From Chrysochromulina tobinii (lineage: Eukaryota), in contig JWZX01003393.1 of NCBI GenBank assembly GCA_001275005.1, forward strand, positions 1 through 58,270: 58,270 nt of DNA, given 5' to 3'. The notes under the pieces are model-generated. The model did no database searches, was not told where the DNA came from, and saw only the letters and a program-made list of their open reading frames with translations. The position numbers were made by a program, and so were the translations under genes. Positions 21,041 through 31,374 of this stretch are shown piece by piece (within the stretch, counting starts at the first letter, position 1; every line of letters begins with the position of its first letter).

Positions 21041-21283
21041 GGCGGCACAGCGGCGGCAAGTCCGCGGATGGCGAGGCGCTGGCGCTGGCCAGAGGCGCCG
21101 GCAACAGGGCGGCAGCTCGCGACTCAGTTCTCACATCGCAGAGCGGGCTGGTGAGCGACGTGTGTGGTCCGCACGGCGGCGCCCTGGGCAGCATGGCCAA
21201 GGGCAACCGGCAATCCTTTCGTGAGCCGATCTTTGATGAGGAATACAATTTAGGGCAGAATTTTCACGGAAGTCCGACGATCG

Positions 21284-22076
21284 ATGAAGATGAAGAAGAC
21301 GAACATGGATCTGGATTCCTTGCCCATGCTGCAGCCAGCGAGGCGCTGGAACTTCGAGCTTAAAGCTGGCCTTAGGTCCCGCACAGCTGTTGCGGCTGTG
21401 ATCGCTACGGCCCTCGCAGCGCTCGCTATCATCTCAGTGTCTGTAACACGCAGCTACTACGTGGATCCATCAGAACTAAACCCTGAAAACGTCTCGGGCT
21501 CATTTGGACCGCCTCGCCGATGCCCAGCTTCTCCTGCGCACACCGCCGCGCATCCTTATAATATGTGCTCGAGGCAACCCTCGCTGACGGCGCCGCCGTT
21601 GCGCTGGGGCTCTGACAAAGAGGTCGCGGACCGCATTTGCTGCAGAAACACGATGTGGGCCGAGTGTGAGCAGCTCATCTCGCTCTCTCCCTCGCTCCGC
21701 CACCCGGGCCCATCTGACGAGCGCGCCCGATTACCGCGCCCCTCACGCAGACTCAGGGTATTGGCAGTCGACGAGATTTCCTCGCGTGCTACCCGCAGGC
21801 GTGACCGAGATCACGTTCTACGACGTGGCGACGAACCTGCCGCTCTTCGTCGCGCCCCGCGGTCGCACGTGGAGCGAATTCTATGCGGAGAGCCTCCACC
21901 ATGGATGGCCGAGCTTCAGAGATGCCGAGGTGGTCCAGTCAAACGTGTGCGTTCACAGCAATGGCGAGACACAGAGCGTGAATGGGACACACCTGGGGCA
22001 TAACTTGCCCGACTTGTACGGTAACCGCTACTGCATCGACCTCGTCTGCGTCGCCGGCCTCGAACCCGTCACGTGA
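21284..22076 (+). CDS. MsrB/SelR-like (Mss4-fold) protein with N-terminal membrane anchor; intron 21666-21750; 5' end uncertain
   Basis: LRWG...ADRICC.N...AEYSGYW, FYD.....LF.APRGR, HGWPSFRD, HLGHNLPD, RYCI. Confidence 0.75.
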
Positions 22077-22421
22077 GCGAGCGAGCGCAAGAGAAGCAGG
22101 TGGTGTGCGTTTGCTGAGAGACTCAGTAGACTGAGAGACACCGGTCCAGCGCATCAACGATCAAGGAACCTTTGTAACGAAAATGCAAATAGTGTGCCGG
22201 CGCTCGGGCTGGCCGTCGCGTCCTGGGACGTGTCTCGTGTGTGGGCTCAGCGGACGCCGCGTGCAGGTGCACGGACCTAGTCTTCAAATAATTTAAGATA
22301 CTAAAGAATTTTCGAAGACGCTAAGTGGTAGATGCAAATCCGCGCTGAAAATCTTTCGCCGTAAGTGCACACATACAACACGAATCTATGCAATCTGATT
22401 CTTGAGCTCTATACTTTTTAC

Positions 22422-23564
22422 TCAGAAGCAGCTCGCTTCGTTGCAGCTGGGAAACGGGCGGGCGGGCTGGCTGCCGTGCAGAACGCTGAAGATGCGCTGC
22501 TTCAGCGCCCAATTGTCGCGCCGCACGACTAGCAGGTCGTTCCAACACCACTGCTGCTTAAAGTGGTGGCGGCGCAAGCAAATCTCAAAGATCCCGCGCT
22601 CAAAGTAGGGTCCGTACGCGGGGACGAGCGTCGCACGCCAAGGGCGGTTGTGCGGCCCATCCTCGTGCGTGAGGCCCTTGTTCGAGCCCCGCACCCCACC
22701 GTGGATGAGGTACGTGTCGTATCCGTAACCAGCCATCATTCGCTGAAAGGACTCGAGCGTTCGTTCGACCTGCGACGGATCGCGGTAAAAGGATTCCAAC
22801 ATGGTCGAATTCACCCTGCGGTGATTGCCACGCTGCGCTTCGACGAACATCGGGATGTTCCAATTCTTGGCGTACTCGAAGCTCATCAACTCGACCATCT
22901 GCCGCGCGAGCAAGAGCGCCATCCCCTTGGCGACGGCCACTTCGCTACCTTCGATGTCCACCTTGATGTACAGCAGCCGCCGCCCTTTGAGCATGCCCTC
23001 GCGCACGAGATCGTCCAATGAGCTGACTGGCACCTCATACTTGACCACGCAGCCACGCGGCGGTGTGGCGCCACGGTCGACGATCATCCAATTAGTGCTG
23101 CCGCCGCAGTTGGCGAAACGCAACTGGCCGGCCACATCCGCTGCACCCATCGCGTGCACGTGCAATCGCTTCGATGCGTAGGCGCTCGTCGAGTTTCGTC
23201 GCAATGCCTCCACTTTCAGCGCCTCGGCTTTGTCAGGCCTTGCTTCAAAGGCGTGCACATCAACCTGGTCCTTGAAACCAGCGAGCAGCGCGAGCGCATC
23301 GCTATCGTCCGGACTGTTCTCCTTGCCGTACATGCCAGCGCCCAAGTCGACCATCACTGGCCGCCCCACATCTTTGGAGTCAGACTGTCGAAGCTCCTGG
23401 TCGAGAATGGATGGCAGCAGCATGGTGATGTATTTCAGCGCGCGATTGTACTCCACCCAAAACCCCTGGCGGTGCCGCCCGTCTACGAAGGAGCGCACTT
23501 CCGCGATGCACTCGGGCGATGGCGTGCACGGCGCCGACACGTTCATGTATGCTGTGCGCATCAT
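22422..23564 (-). CDS. FkbM-family SAM-dependent methyltransferase
   Basis: MVDLGAG, VHAFEA, SLDD and YIKVDIEGSE motifs. Confidence 0.8.
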   Translation of the reverse strand: MMRTAYMNVSAPCTPSPECIAEVRSFVDGRHRQGFWVEYNRALKYITMLLPSILDQELRQSDSKDVGRPVMVDLGAGMYGKENSPDDSDALALLAGFKDQVDVHAFEARPDKAEALKVEALRRNSTSAYASKRLHVHAMGAADVAGQLRFANCGGSTNWMIVDRGATPPRGCVVKYEVPVSSLDDLVREGMLKGRRLLYIKVDIEGSEVAVAKGMALLLARQMVELMSFEYAKNWNIPMFVEAQRGNHRRVNSTMLESFYRDPSQVERTLESFQRMMAGYGYDTYLIHGGVRGSNKGLTHEDGPHNRPWRATLVPAYGPYFERGIFEICLRRHHFKQQWCWNDLLVVRRDNWALKQRIFSVLHGSQPARPFPSCNEASCF

Positions 23565-24241
23565 TGCACAGGACGGCGCGCCCTAAGTGATGCGACGGCC
23601 CGACGCGCGAGGCGCGAGTACCGTTACCGGTACGGTTCCGGTTTATCAAGGAGAAACTGCAAACTCAGGAGATGTGGATACTTGAGTTCAGAGGGTAAAG
23701 GCTATTATTTTCAGAGGACAGAGTCGACCATCAAACCTCGAACGTGTTACCTCGCACATCCTTTCACTGAATGTGAACGCTGTATGCGCCTCCCGCTCAT
23801 GCAGCTCCCGTTGCCGCTCATCCCTCGCATCCCTACAAACGCCCCGTCGGCCGTCGCCTATTTGACGCGTAACCCTAGTCCGCCCTACCCTTTGCACCTC
23901 CGCTTCCTCCTCCCCGGCACAGTGCGCGAGTGCACTGCCACTGGCCTCGGGCCTGCGATGCGGCGGCCGGCGCGCAAACAGCTCATAGGCCACAGCCGGT
24001 GTGCCATTGCCCATTGCATCGATCACATTCCCGCGAACAGGAAATCGTCGTGGAGCCCCCGCGCTCGCGCCGCCGCGAACAGAGCGTCCCTGTTCTACAA
24101 ATACCCACACGCCAGCGTCTCCTCATGGCGGCCACCACCTTCGGTGGGTGAGCGGTGGCCTCAGCTGCATCCGCCGCGCACGCCCACGGCCTAGCGCGCC
24201 GTCACGGACGGCGCGCTCACAATGGCGATCATCCCGTGTCC

Positions 24242-26647
24242 TCAGACCCCATCCGCAGTAGCGACGGCGGGCGCGGACTTCGCATCCCTCTTCGCGGCCT
24301 TCGCCTCCGCCTCACGCTGCGCATAGGTCTTGTAGCTCTTGGCTGAGGGAGGCGAGCCCGCGATGAGGAAGGCCTCCTCGTCAGCGAGGTCAAGGCCGAA
24401 GGCCTTGCGAAGGTCGTTGCTCATGTACTTGGGTGGCTTGTTGTCGGCCATGTCCTTGAACGCACACAGGAAGATGCTGTCGATCGCGCATTCGTAGATC
24501 GACACCACGCCTGTCGTGACGATGTACGAGATGAGGAAGGTGACAGCGACGGCGACGAGGTTGTTGTATTTGTCCTTATAGAAGGGGTCAATCGAGCACC
24601 ACTCGAGGTACGCAAACGCGGCGCACGCCGAGATCACTGGCGTCGAGAGGCCGATGAGAATGACGAGGATCTTGACGACGACCTTGTTGATAGCCACTTG
24701 TGCCGGATTCGAGATGACGAAGACGAAGGTCGAGTAGCACGCCTTACAGAAGGGCTGGCCCTGCATCGCGACGAAGACGAAGCCGTAGTACGTGATCACC
24801 TCGATCGTCTTCTGGAGGCAAGCGAGGCAGCATTGAACGCCCTTCATCACGACCTTAAGCACCAGGTTCTGGTTCTGCATCTGCTGCGTTTGCTGGTCGA
24901 TGTACATCACGACCGTGCGGATCGTCTGCACAATCGCGATGATGAGCGCGCCGAAGGCCATAGTGCCAAGGTGCTTGCAAATGATCAGGCACGTGCCCGA
25001 AAAGAGTTTGTTGAGGCCGTGCCCGATGCCGCAGCACCTCTTTTGATCAGGCTCGTTTTGCGTGATGTACCAGCGGCAGATGGCCGCGGACATCGAGGTC
25101 CAGATGGTCGCGCGGATGAACTGCGAGATCCAGTAGTACACGAAGACGACGAAGGCGACGGCGACGCCATTCTCAGCTTCGGAGGGGTAGAGGTCCGGGG
25201 GCGAGTTGACCGTGAAGATGAGGATGAAGATGAAGTAGACGAAGAAGACCGTCTGGAAGAGGATGTCCCAGAACGGCCAGAGGACGATTCCGAACATGGC
25301 CTTGAAAATCTTGGTCGTCTCCCGCAGGATGCCGACGAGGCGGTCGAGGGCCTTCCGGTTGGCGACGAGGAAGATGACGAGGAGGATCGTGGCGATGATG
25401 AAGATGATGGCAAGGGCGGTGTACCACTTCTGCCACGTCTCGTTTGCAGTCGAGTTGATGGAGGCGAGGGTGAAGTTGGACGTGGCGATGCCGGGAATCT
25501 TGTTCAGATGGGCCTGGAGCTTCATGAACTCCTGCGATTTGGGATCGATGGTGAACCAACCGGCCTTGGCGGCTAGGATGAAGTCGATCAAGCCCATCAA
25601 GAGGACGAGGAAGATGCTGATCAGGTACACCATCACGCCCGCGAAGAACCAAAGGAAGATCGCCCAAATGAATCCGATCCCGATGGGCATGAATAGGCCG
25701 AAGACGGTCATGCAGAGGAGGCCATCCGGCACGATCAAGCCCTCGGCACCTCCGATGGTGAGCTGCACGTACGTGGCGAACTTCTGCGTGAAGCCCACGT
25801 CATCCTCCGTCTTCGCGGCTGGCGTGAACGACTCCGTGATCGCCTCGGTCACCTCCAGCTCGCACGCGTTCTTCTGGGCACCACAGCACGTCGAGGGGTC
25901 CCCTGGTCGGCCGGTGCAGCCCGGGGGGCACACTTGCCACGTGTTACGCGAGTCCGGCTGCGACTTGATCGAAGCGCAGTTGATGCTGCGCGGGTACGTG
26001 GTGTTCAGCGCCCGTGCCTGCGTGGAGGTGCAGCTCGGAACGACGCACAGGTTGCGGGTCTCCGCCGGCAGCGTCGCTGCGCTAGGGATGCAACGGCCGA
26101 GCATGTTGGTCGTGAGGTAGGTGTAGTAGTACGTTGGGACCGTTTGGTCGCAGTGCCGCTGCTTGTTGCAACCGTAGAGAAGGCCGCCGTACTGGATCGG
26201 GTTCGAGAGGTCGAAACCAGTCGGGCACTCCTCGGCGCAGTAGCCCGTCGGTTTGAATCTCCAATACTGGCCGGTGGAAACCACGGCGTATTGCTCGACA
26301 AAGTCAGAGTCGAGGCGCGGGTAGACGAGCACCGGTTTCTTCATCATAAAGCCCCTGCCGCAGTTGTTGCCCCAATTGTCCGGCGGGGCATACAAGTCGG
26401 TGAGGAGCGTCGGGTGAGAATGGACCGTGTAGCCAGCGATGCCGCTTGCAAAGCCAAGGCATAAGAGCATCAGGAGGAGGCAGATAATGTCAGTGCAGGC
26501 GCGGGCCGACGCGGGCTTGAAGACCTCGCCATCAGCGGCCTTCTTGAGGCAGCAGCAGCAGCCGCCACCTTTGTTTTCCGGAGCTACGGCGGCAGAGGTC
26601 GACTCCGTGGCCGGAGGAGGCTTCGCCTTGCAGCAAGTGCCACCCAT
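24242..26647 (-). CDS. Choline transporter-like protein (SLC44/CTL family), intronless
   Basis: RACTDIICL, DNWGNNCG, HLGTMAFGALIIAIVQ, CCLACLQK, FCKAC, AIDSIFLC; ~10 TM segments; MGGTCC N-terminus. Confidence 0.92.
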   Translation of the reverse strand: MGGTCCKAKPPPATESTSAAVAPENKGGGCCCCLKKAADGEVFKPASARACTDIICLLLMLLCLGFASGIAGYTVHSHPTLLTDLYAPPDNWGNNCGRGFMMKKPVLVYPRLDSDFVEQYAVVSTGQYWRFKPTGYCAEECPTGFDLSNPIQYGGLLYGCNKQRHCDQTVPTYYYTYLTTNMLGRCIPSAATLPAETRNLCVVPSCTSTQARALNTTYPRSINCASIKSQPDSRNTWQVCPPGCTGRPGDPSTCCGAQKNACELEVTEAITESFTPAAKTEDDVGFTQKFATYVQLTIGGAEGLIVPDGLLCMTVFGLFMPIGIGFIWAIFLWFFAGVMVYLISIFLVLLMGLIDFILAAKAGWFTIDPKSQEFMKLQAHLNKIPGIATSNFTLASINSTANETWQKWYTALAIIFIIATILLVIFLVANRKALDRLVGILRETTKIFKAMFGIVLWPFWDILFQTVFFVYFIFILIFTVNSPPDLYPSEAENGVAVAFVVFVYYWISQFIRATIWTSMSAAICRWYITQNEPDQKRCCGIGHGLNKLFSGTCLIICKHLGTMAFGALIIAIVQTIRTVVMYIDQQTQQMQNQNLVLKVVMKGVQCCLACLQKTIEVITYYGFVFVAMQGQPFCKACYSTFVFVISNPAQVAINKVVVKILVILIGLSTPVISACAAFAYLEWCSIDPFYKDKYNNLVAVAVTFLISYIVTTGVVSIYECAIDSIFLCAFKDMADNKPPKYMSNDLRKAFGLDLADEEAFLIAGSPPSAKSYKTYAQREAEAKAAKRDAKSAPAVATADGV

Positions 26648-26809
26648 TGTTCTGCACGCCGCCGCGAGACGAGAATTAGAAGAGGTAATGACAACGTGAT
26701 GAAAAACGCCGAAATTGACGCCAAACTCGTCAAAAATGTACGAAACTCACCCTGTACGCCGGCGGTCAGTGCCGGTACCGATACGACCCGCGTACAGTTT
26801 GCTTGATTG

Positions 26810-27469
26810 ATGGTGGCGGAGCGACGCACGCTGCTCCTCCTCTCAGGCGGCATTGAGTCCTCAGTGCTGCTTGCACAGCTCAAGCACGCTGGGCATACTC
26901 CAATCCCACTCTTTGCTCACTACTCGCAGAGGGGTGTGGATGCGGAGTACGCCGCAGCCTCGGCAGTCTGCTCCGCCTTTGGGTTCGCTGAGCCGCAGCT
27001 TCTTGATCTGCGTGCCGAGGGCTTGGCCCATCAGCGTGTCAATCGATTGCACGTGCCGCTGCCTCATCGCAACCTAGCATTGCTGAGCTTGGCGCTTGGA
27101 TGGGCAACAACGCATCAATGCTCTGCCGTAGCACTCGGCCTCAACAGGGACGATTTCGGCAAGGACGCGGAGTTCGCTGCAGTGGGTGCTGTTCGCTACA
27201 CGACGGGCACACGGGAGTTCGTTAGCTCATTTACGGCGCTCGCGGCCGTCGTCGCGCCCGACGTCGGCATCATGCTTCCACAGGCGCAGCTGAGCAAGGC
27301 CGAGGTGATCCGCGAGGGCATGCGGCTGGGCGTGCCGCTGCGGAGTACGTACTCGTGCATGCGCGGGCGGCCCTTGCACTGCGGCTCATGCTTGCAGTGT
27401 TTAGCGCGGCGGCGAGCCTTTGCGTTGGCCGGGGTCGAAGTGGAGGATGTCGAGTATGAGACGTTGTGA
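26810..27469 (+). CDS. queC: QueC-like (7-cyano-7-deazaguanine synthase family) PP-loop ATPase
   Basis: LLLSGGIESS (PP-loop), Y.QR...E, VP.P.RN..LLS.A, SK.EVI..G..LGVPL..TYSC, C..G....CG.C..C..RR.AF zinc site. Confidence 0.85.
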   Translation: MVAERRTLLLLSGGIESSVLLAQLKHAGHTPIPLFAHYSQRGVDAEYAAASAVCSAFGFAEPQLLDLRAEGLAHQRVNRLHVPLPHRNLALLSLALGWATTHQCSAVALGLNRDDFGKDAEFAAVGAVRYTTGTREFVSSFTALAAVVAPDVGIMLPQAQLSKAEVIREGMRLGVPLRSTYSCMRGRPLHCGSCLQCLARRRAFALAGVEVEDVEYETL

Positions 27470-27660
27470 CGATGCGGGCCCCCATGGAGCATGGCTTAAG
27501 GTGCCAGCTCTGCGACACGCAGACGCGCCGACCCCGGGAGCGTGCAAACGCAGCGCAGACTCAGTCCAGAGTTTTGTGCCCATGTGATGGAAAAGAGGTG
27601 ATGAGACTGAGGTCTGTCGCTGTTCGTTTCTGCCGCACCACTACGACAAATACTCGCGGG

Positions 27661-28051
27661 TCATTTTCGATATCGCGATCTTGTCTCCTCTTGCTGAGCT
27701 TTTGCCATCGCAATCTTGGCCTTCATCTTCTCCGCCTTCTCGGCACTTCCACCACGTCCAGCTGCATACTTATTGGGCGCATTGATGTCACCACCTCGTC
27801 CGCCCATGTACCTAAGCGAGCGAAGGGCGATCGAATGTGTGAGCGCAGATGAGGAGGCATGGATTCATGTGCACGTGCACTCACGTGAGTTTGTACGGCC
27901 TGCGGCAGTTTTCGGTGATCAGCTCGCTGCAAACGGGCATCATCGCTGCAGCTGGTCCGGGTATGAGAACTGCGCCCAGAAGGACACGGCGCTGCAGTTG
28001 CAGCGCTGCAGCGCTGCTGTGCAAGATGAGAATGACCAAGAGGTTTTTCAT
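27661..28051 (-). CDS. Small (105 aa) protein with signal peptide and twin-arginine-like motif; intron 27812-27884
   Basis: Exon 1 MKNLLVILILHSSAAALQLQRRVLLGAVLIPGPAAA...KLT splices in frame to YMGGRGG...RYRK*. Confidence 0.6.
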
Positions 28052-28212
28052 TCTCGCTGACGGATACTCGTGCGACGGTGCGGTAATTAACTGATGAGGT
28101 TTCTTCATCCAATCCAGTGTCAACAATCTTCAGTCGCCGTTCCTATTAGGTTCCCGCCGATTGTACACGTAACGAACTTTTTAATTGATTTCATGAGGGG
28201 TGTCCTGGCGGC

Positions 28213-30246
28213 ATGCCCTCGTTTGGAATGATGCTGTCACAGTTTGGCCTGACTTCGCCCGACCCGGATCGTCGTCTGCGCCGACGCGAGGGCCAATCCG
28301 ACCGCGAGTTCCTCATGGGTGACTCGTATCGCACGCACTTTTCGTGCCAGTTTGGGTGCCCAGGGCTCACGGTGCACATGGAGAATGGTGCTGCTGCGAC
28401 GGACTCCTTCAGTCTCGATCAGCCACCACGGCTCGCGTGGGACGGCATCTCCGCCGGCTGGGGCCTGCTTGGCTCCACGCTGACCGGCATGCTCATGCCC
28501 GACATTGTCATACGACCGACACCCGTGGTGATCGCTGCACCTCCCGAGTACGTGTGGCGCGTGCTCCTCGACTTTGAGAGGTACAAGGAATGGAACCCGT
28601 TTCACCGCGACGTACGCGTGGTGGATCAGCCCGGCGGGACCGTAGCCGTGAGCCTCACGGTCGATATGGGCGAGCTGCTCGGCACCCTTGTCAGTGAGGA
28701 GACGGTCTACTACGTCGACGAGAAGCGATACATCCTGGCGTACGGCATCGGGCGCAAGGGCCCGGCCTGCCTGCGTGCCGTCTGGCTCGTGCCGACGGCC
28801 AACGGCGGCACGATCTTCAACAGTTGGGACACCATCGGTGGCGTCCCAGCCCTCCTTTCGCGCGGCCACATTCATCGTACCGTGGTGCGCGGCTTCGAGG
28901 CGCAGCACCTTGCGATTCGGGAGCGCGTGCACAGCCTGCGATACGCGGAGGCATGCCGCGGCACGTCGGATCGGAGCGACGTTTCGGCCGCGCACGTGGC
29001 TCCGGAACCCCTCGCCGTGTGCGTCGTCACGGGGGGATGCGGCTTCCTCGGCGCGCACATCGTGCGCCTCCTGTGCCTCTTGGACGGCGTGACCTCCGTT
29101 CATGTGATCGATGTACAACTGCCCCAGCCGGACTCGGGGCTGCCCATGGCTGCGAACGGCTGCAAGTGGCGCGGCGGCGGCAAGGTCGAGGTGCACCAGA
29201 TGTCGATCACCGACACGCCAGCCCTCGACGAACTCTTTACTCGCATTCGGCCGACGACGGTCTTTCACACCGCGTCGCTCATCGACCTACGCGACGATGC
29301 GGCATCGCAAGACGCTCTCGAACACGTCAACGTGGACGGCACGCGCGCCCTGCTCGCCCTGGCCGCCCAGCACGGCGCCACGCGCTTCGTGTACACCTCC
29401 TCGATTGAGTGCACCTACGCGTACAATCGGAGCGTGCAGGCCGACGAGGAGCATCCGTATAGCGCACACCCGACCAACAGCTACCAGCGCACCAAGGTGG
29501 CGGCTGAGCGACTGGTGCTCGAGGCGAACTCAGCCAAGATGGCGACGGTGTCGGTGCGCCCGGCGCACATTGTTGGCGATCCTCTCGAGGACGATCTGTA
29601 CTTCCTCAGCGGCGTGCAGGCATGCTTCAGCGAGGAGCTCAGCCTGCCCTCCCTTGACGTCTCGGGCAAGTCGGCGAAGATGAGCATGGTGCACGTCGAG
29701 AATTGTGCGCTCCTTCACGTGCTTGCGGCCGCCAAGTGCCGCATCGGCGCACGCCCGGTTCGCAGCGTCGCCGGTCGGAAGTTCAACGCGACCGACTTCG
29801 ACGAGAACATCGTGTGCATCTACCACGCCCTCGCAGGCTCCTCAGGCCCGTGGATCGTGCTTCCCTCCTGGCTACTCTTCCTCCTTGTGCATGCTGCCCT
29901 CTGGCTCCATTGGCTTGTCGGCTGGGCCAGTTCGGGTAGCGTCAAGCTACTGCCGCCCAAGACGGGGCTGCACCACGGCGCCCTTGCCGCCTCCAAGGAA
30001 TGCACCCTCTCCGGCCGTCGTGCGCGCCAAGTCTTCGGGTACGAGCCCATCATCTCGCGAGAGGGCGGGATCAAGGCGGCAGCTCAAAGTCGTGAGGCAG
30101 CACTCCTCAGAGCCAAGGGCAGCGCTGCTTGCCATCCCGTGCACATGATTGGCAAGTTGGAGCTTTGCAAGGCCCTCGGGTATCCTGTTGTCATAGACTC
30201 CCCCTCGGGCTCGCCTATGACGAGGCCGAACGCTCCGTCTCGGTGA
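28213..30246 (+). CDS. Fusion of SRPBCC/polyketide-cyclase (START-like) domain and 3beta-HSD/NSDHL-like extended SDR
   Basis: IAAPPEYVWRVLLDFERYKEWNPF (SRPBCC); VTGGCGFLG, FHTAS, NVDGT, YTSS, YQRTK, RPAHIVG, HVENCA (3beta-HSD). Confidence 0.88.
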   Translation: MPSFGMMLSQFGLTSPDPDRRLRRREGQSDREFLMGDSYRTHFSCQFGCPGLTVHMENGAAATDSFSLDQPPRLAWDGISAGWGLLGSTLTGMLMPDIVIRPTPVVIAAPPEYVWRVLLDFERYKEWNPFHRDVRVVDQPGGTVAVSLTVDMGELLGTLVSEETVYYVDEKRYILAYGIGRKGPACLRAVWLVPTANGGTIFNSWDTIGGVPALLSRGHIHRTVVRGFEAQHLAIRERVHSLRYAEACRGTSDRSDVSAAHVAPEPLAVCVVTGGCGFLGAHIVRLLCLLDGVTSVHVIDVQLPQPDSGLPMAANGCKWRGGGKVEVHQMSITDTPALDELFTRIRPTTVFHTASLIDLRDDAASQDALEHVNVDGTRALLALAAQHGATRFVYTSSIECTYAYNRSVQADEEHPYSAHPTNSYQRTKVAAERLVLEANSAKMATVSVRPAHIVGDPLEDDLYFLSGVQACFSEELSLPSLDVSGKSAKMSMVHVENCALLHVLAAAKCRIGARPVRSVAGRKFNATDFDENIVCIYHALAGSSGPWIVLPSWLLFLLVHAALWLHWLVGWASSGSVKLLPPKTGLHHGALAASKECTLSGRRARQVFGYEPIISREGGIKAAAQSREAALLRAKGSAACHPVHMIGKLELCKALGYPVVIDSPSGSPMTRPNAPSR

Positions 30247-30580
30247 AGGCCCAGAGGCGAGCCGACCGGACGGACGAGGCCGCACGCTCCACATCGGCGG
30301 TGGAAACGCAAAAGGGGGGAATGCGGCCGTCGTCCTGAGTCGCTGAGTGGGCATGTTGAGGTGAAGGGAGATCCGACGGTTTCGGCCCGCGAGGCGCTCA
30401 GGCGCCGCCGGGGCTGCGGGCGCCGAGGGGAGGACCGCCCCATGGGACTCTTGCGAAAAGGATGACACTTGACACACTCGACTTGCGTGATTCTAAGGTC
30501 AGTTATACCCACATGAGTCGCAGTGCGCGGGAAGGGTTTGCTTCAATGGTTACTTGTCGTTCATTACCGTACTCATAGTC

Positions 30581-30650
30581 ATACAGTGTCATTATTTAAA
30601 CTACGAGTAGCAGTATACAGTGTCATTATTCAAACTAACGAGTAGCAGTA
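30581..30650. repeat. ~35-bp tandem duplication in an AT-rich intergenic region
   Basis: atacagtgtcattattYaaacta(a)cgagtagcagt x2. Confidence 0.8.
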
Positions 30651-30867
30651 AGGAAAAGTACATGAAACTTCAGCTGTACTATACTTTCTTGTTCATCTAT
30701 TACGTGCTAAATCACATAGGAAGCTATTTACGTGTATGTTCATACAGTTTTTTACCCGGTTTCACGAAAAGTACCGGGTAATCGACGTGTACCCGGTAAG
30801 AGTCTTGTAAGTACAATTGTACATGTATCGCGGTACCGGTAAGTTTCTCCGACGAGGAGCCGGCACG

Positions 30868-31374
30868 ATGGTACTCGGGCTCATGTCGCTCCTCAAAGGC
30901 TTGCAGCTCCTACCGAATGGTATGGGTGGCGCGATGATGTCCCTCGACTGCATCCACGGCCAGGTGCGACGTGATTTCAAGGAGAAGATGGGATTCCCGG
31001 GCTGGTTCCCGACAGTGTTGGGTCTTTTCAAACTCACACAGGCAGTGCTCAACTGGGTTGCCGATGGAGCTTACGTGCCCGTAGCGCAAGGTCTGATGGC
31101 GTTCCAAATGGGCGGCGTTCTGTTCACACATACAATCGCTGAGAAGCCGGATGGCAAGTCATTCATGGAGAAGAATGCTCCTGCAGCAGTCTTTTTCGGC
31201 ACGACGCTTGCCATTCAGAGTCTCCATGGAAAGCTCGATTTCACGACCGCGCTCGTGGCCCATCTCATCGTGGGTGCGCTTGGCTTCTGCTCCGGCTACA
31301 TCATCCTCGCCCTTGGTTCGGGCACCGAGCCCGCACTCACCGCAGTGGCGAGCCCAGACAAGAAGAGGCGCTAG
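30868..31374 (+). CDS. Small multi-pass membrane protein, DoxX-like
   Basis: F...MGFPGWF..VLG.FKL, ...MGG..FTH pattern; 4-5 hydrophobic helices. Confidence 0.55.
   Translation: MVLGLMSLLKGLQLLPNGMGGAMMSLDCIHGQVRRDFKEKMGFPGWFPTVLGLFKLTQAVLNWVADGAYVPVAQGLMAFQMGGVLFTHTIAEKPDGKSFMEKNAPAAVFFGTTLAIQSLHGKLDFTTALVAHLIVGALGFCSGYIILALGSGTEPALTAVASPDKKRR

Noticed and set aside
23154..24194. 346-aa plus-strand ORF
   Set aside because: Partly antisense to the FkbM gene, no motifs or coding-like composition
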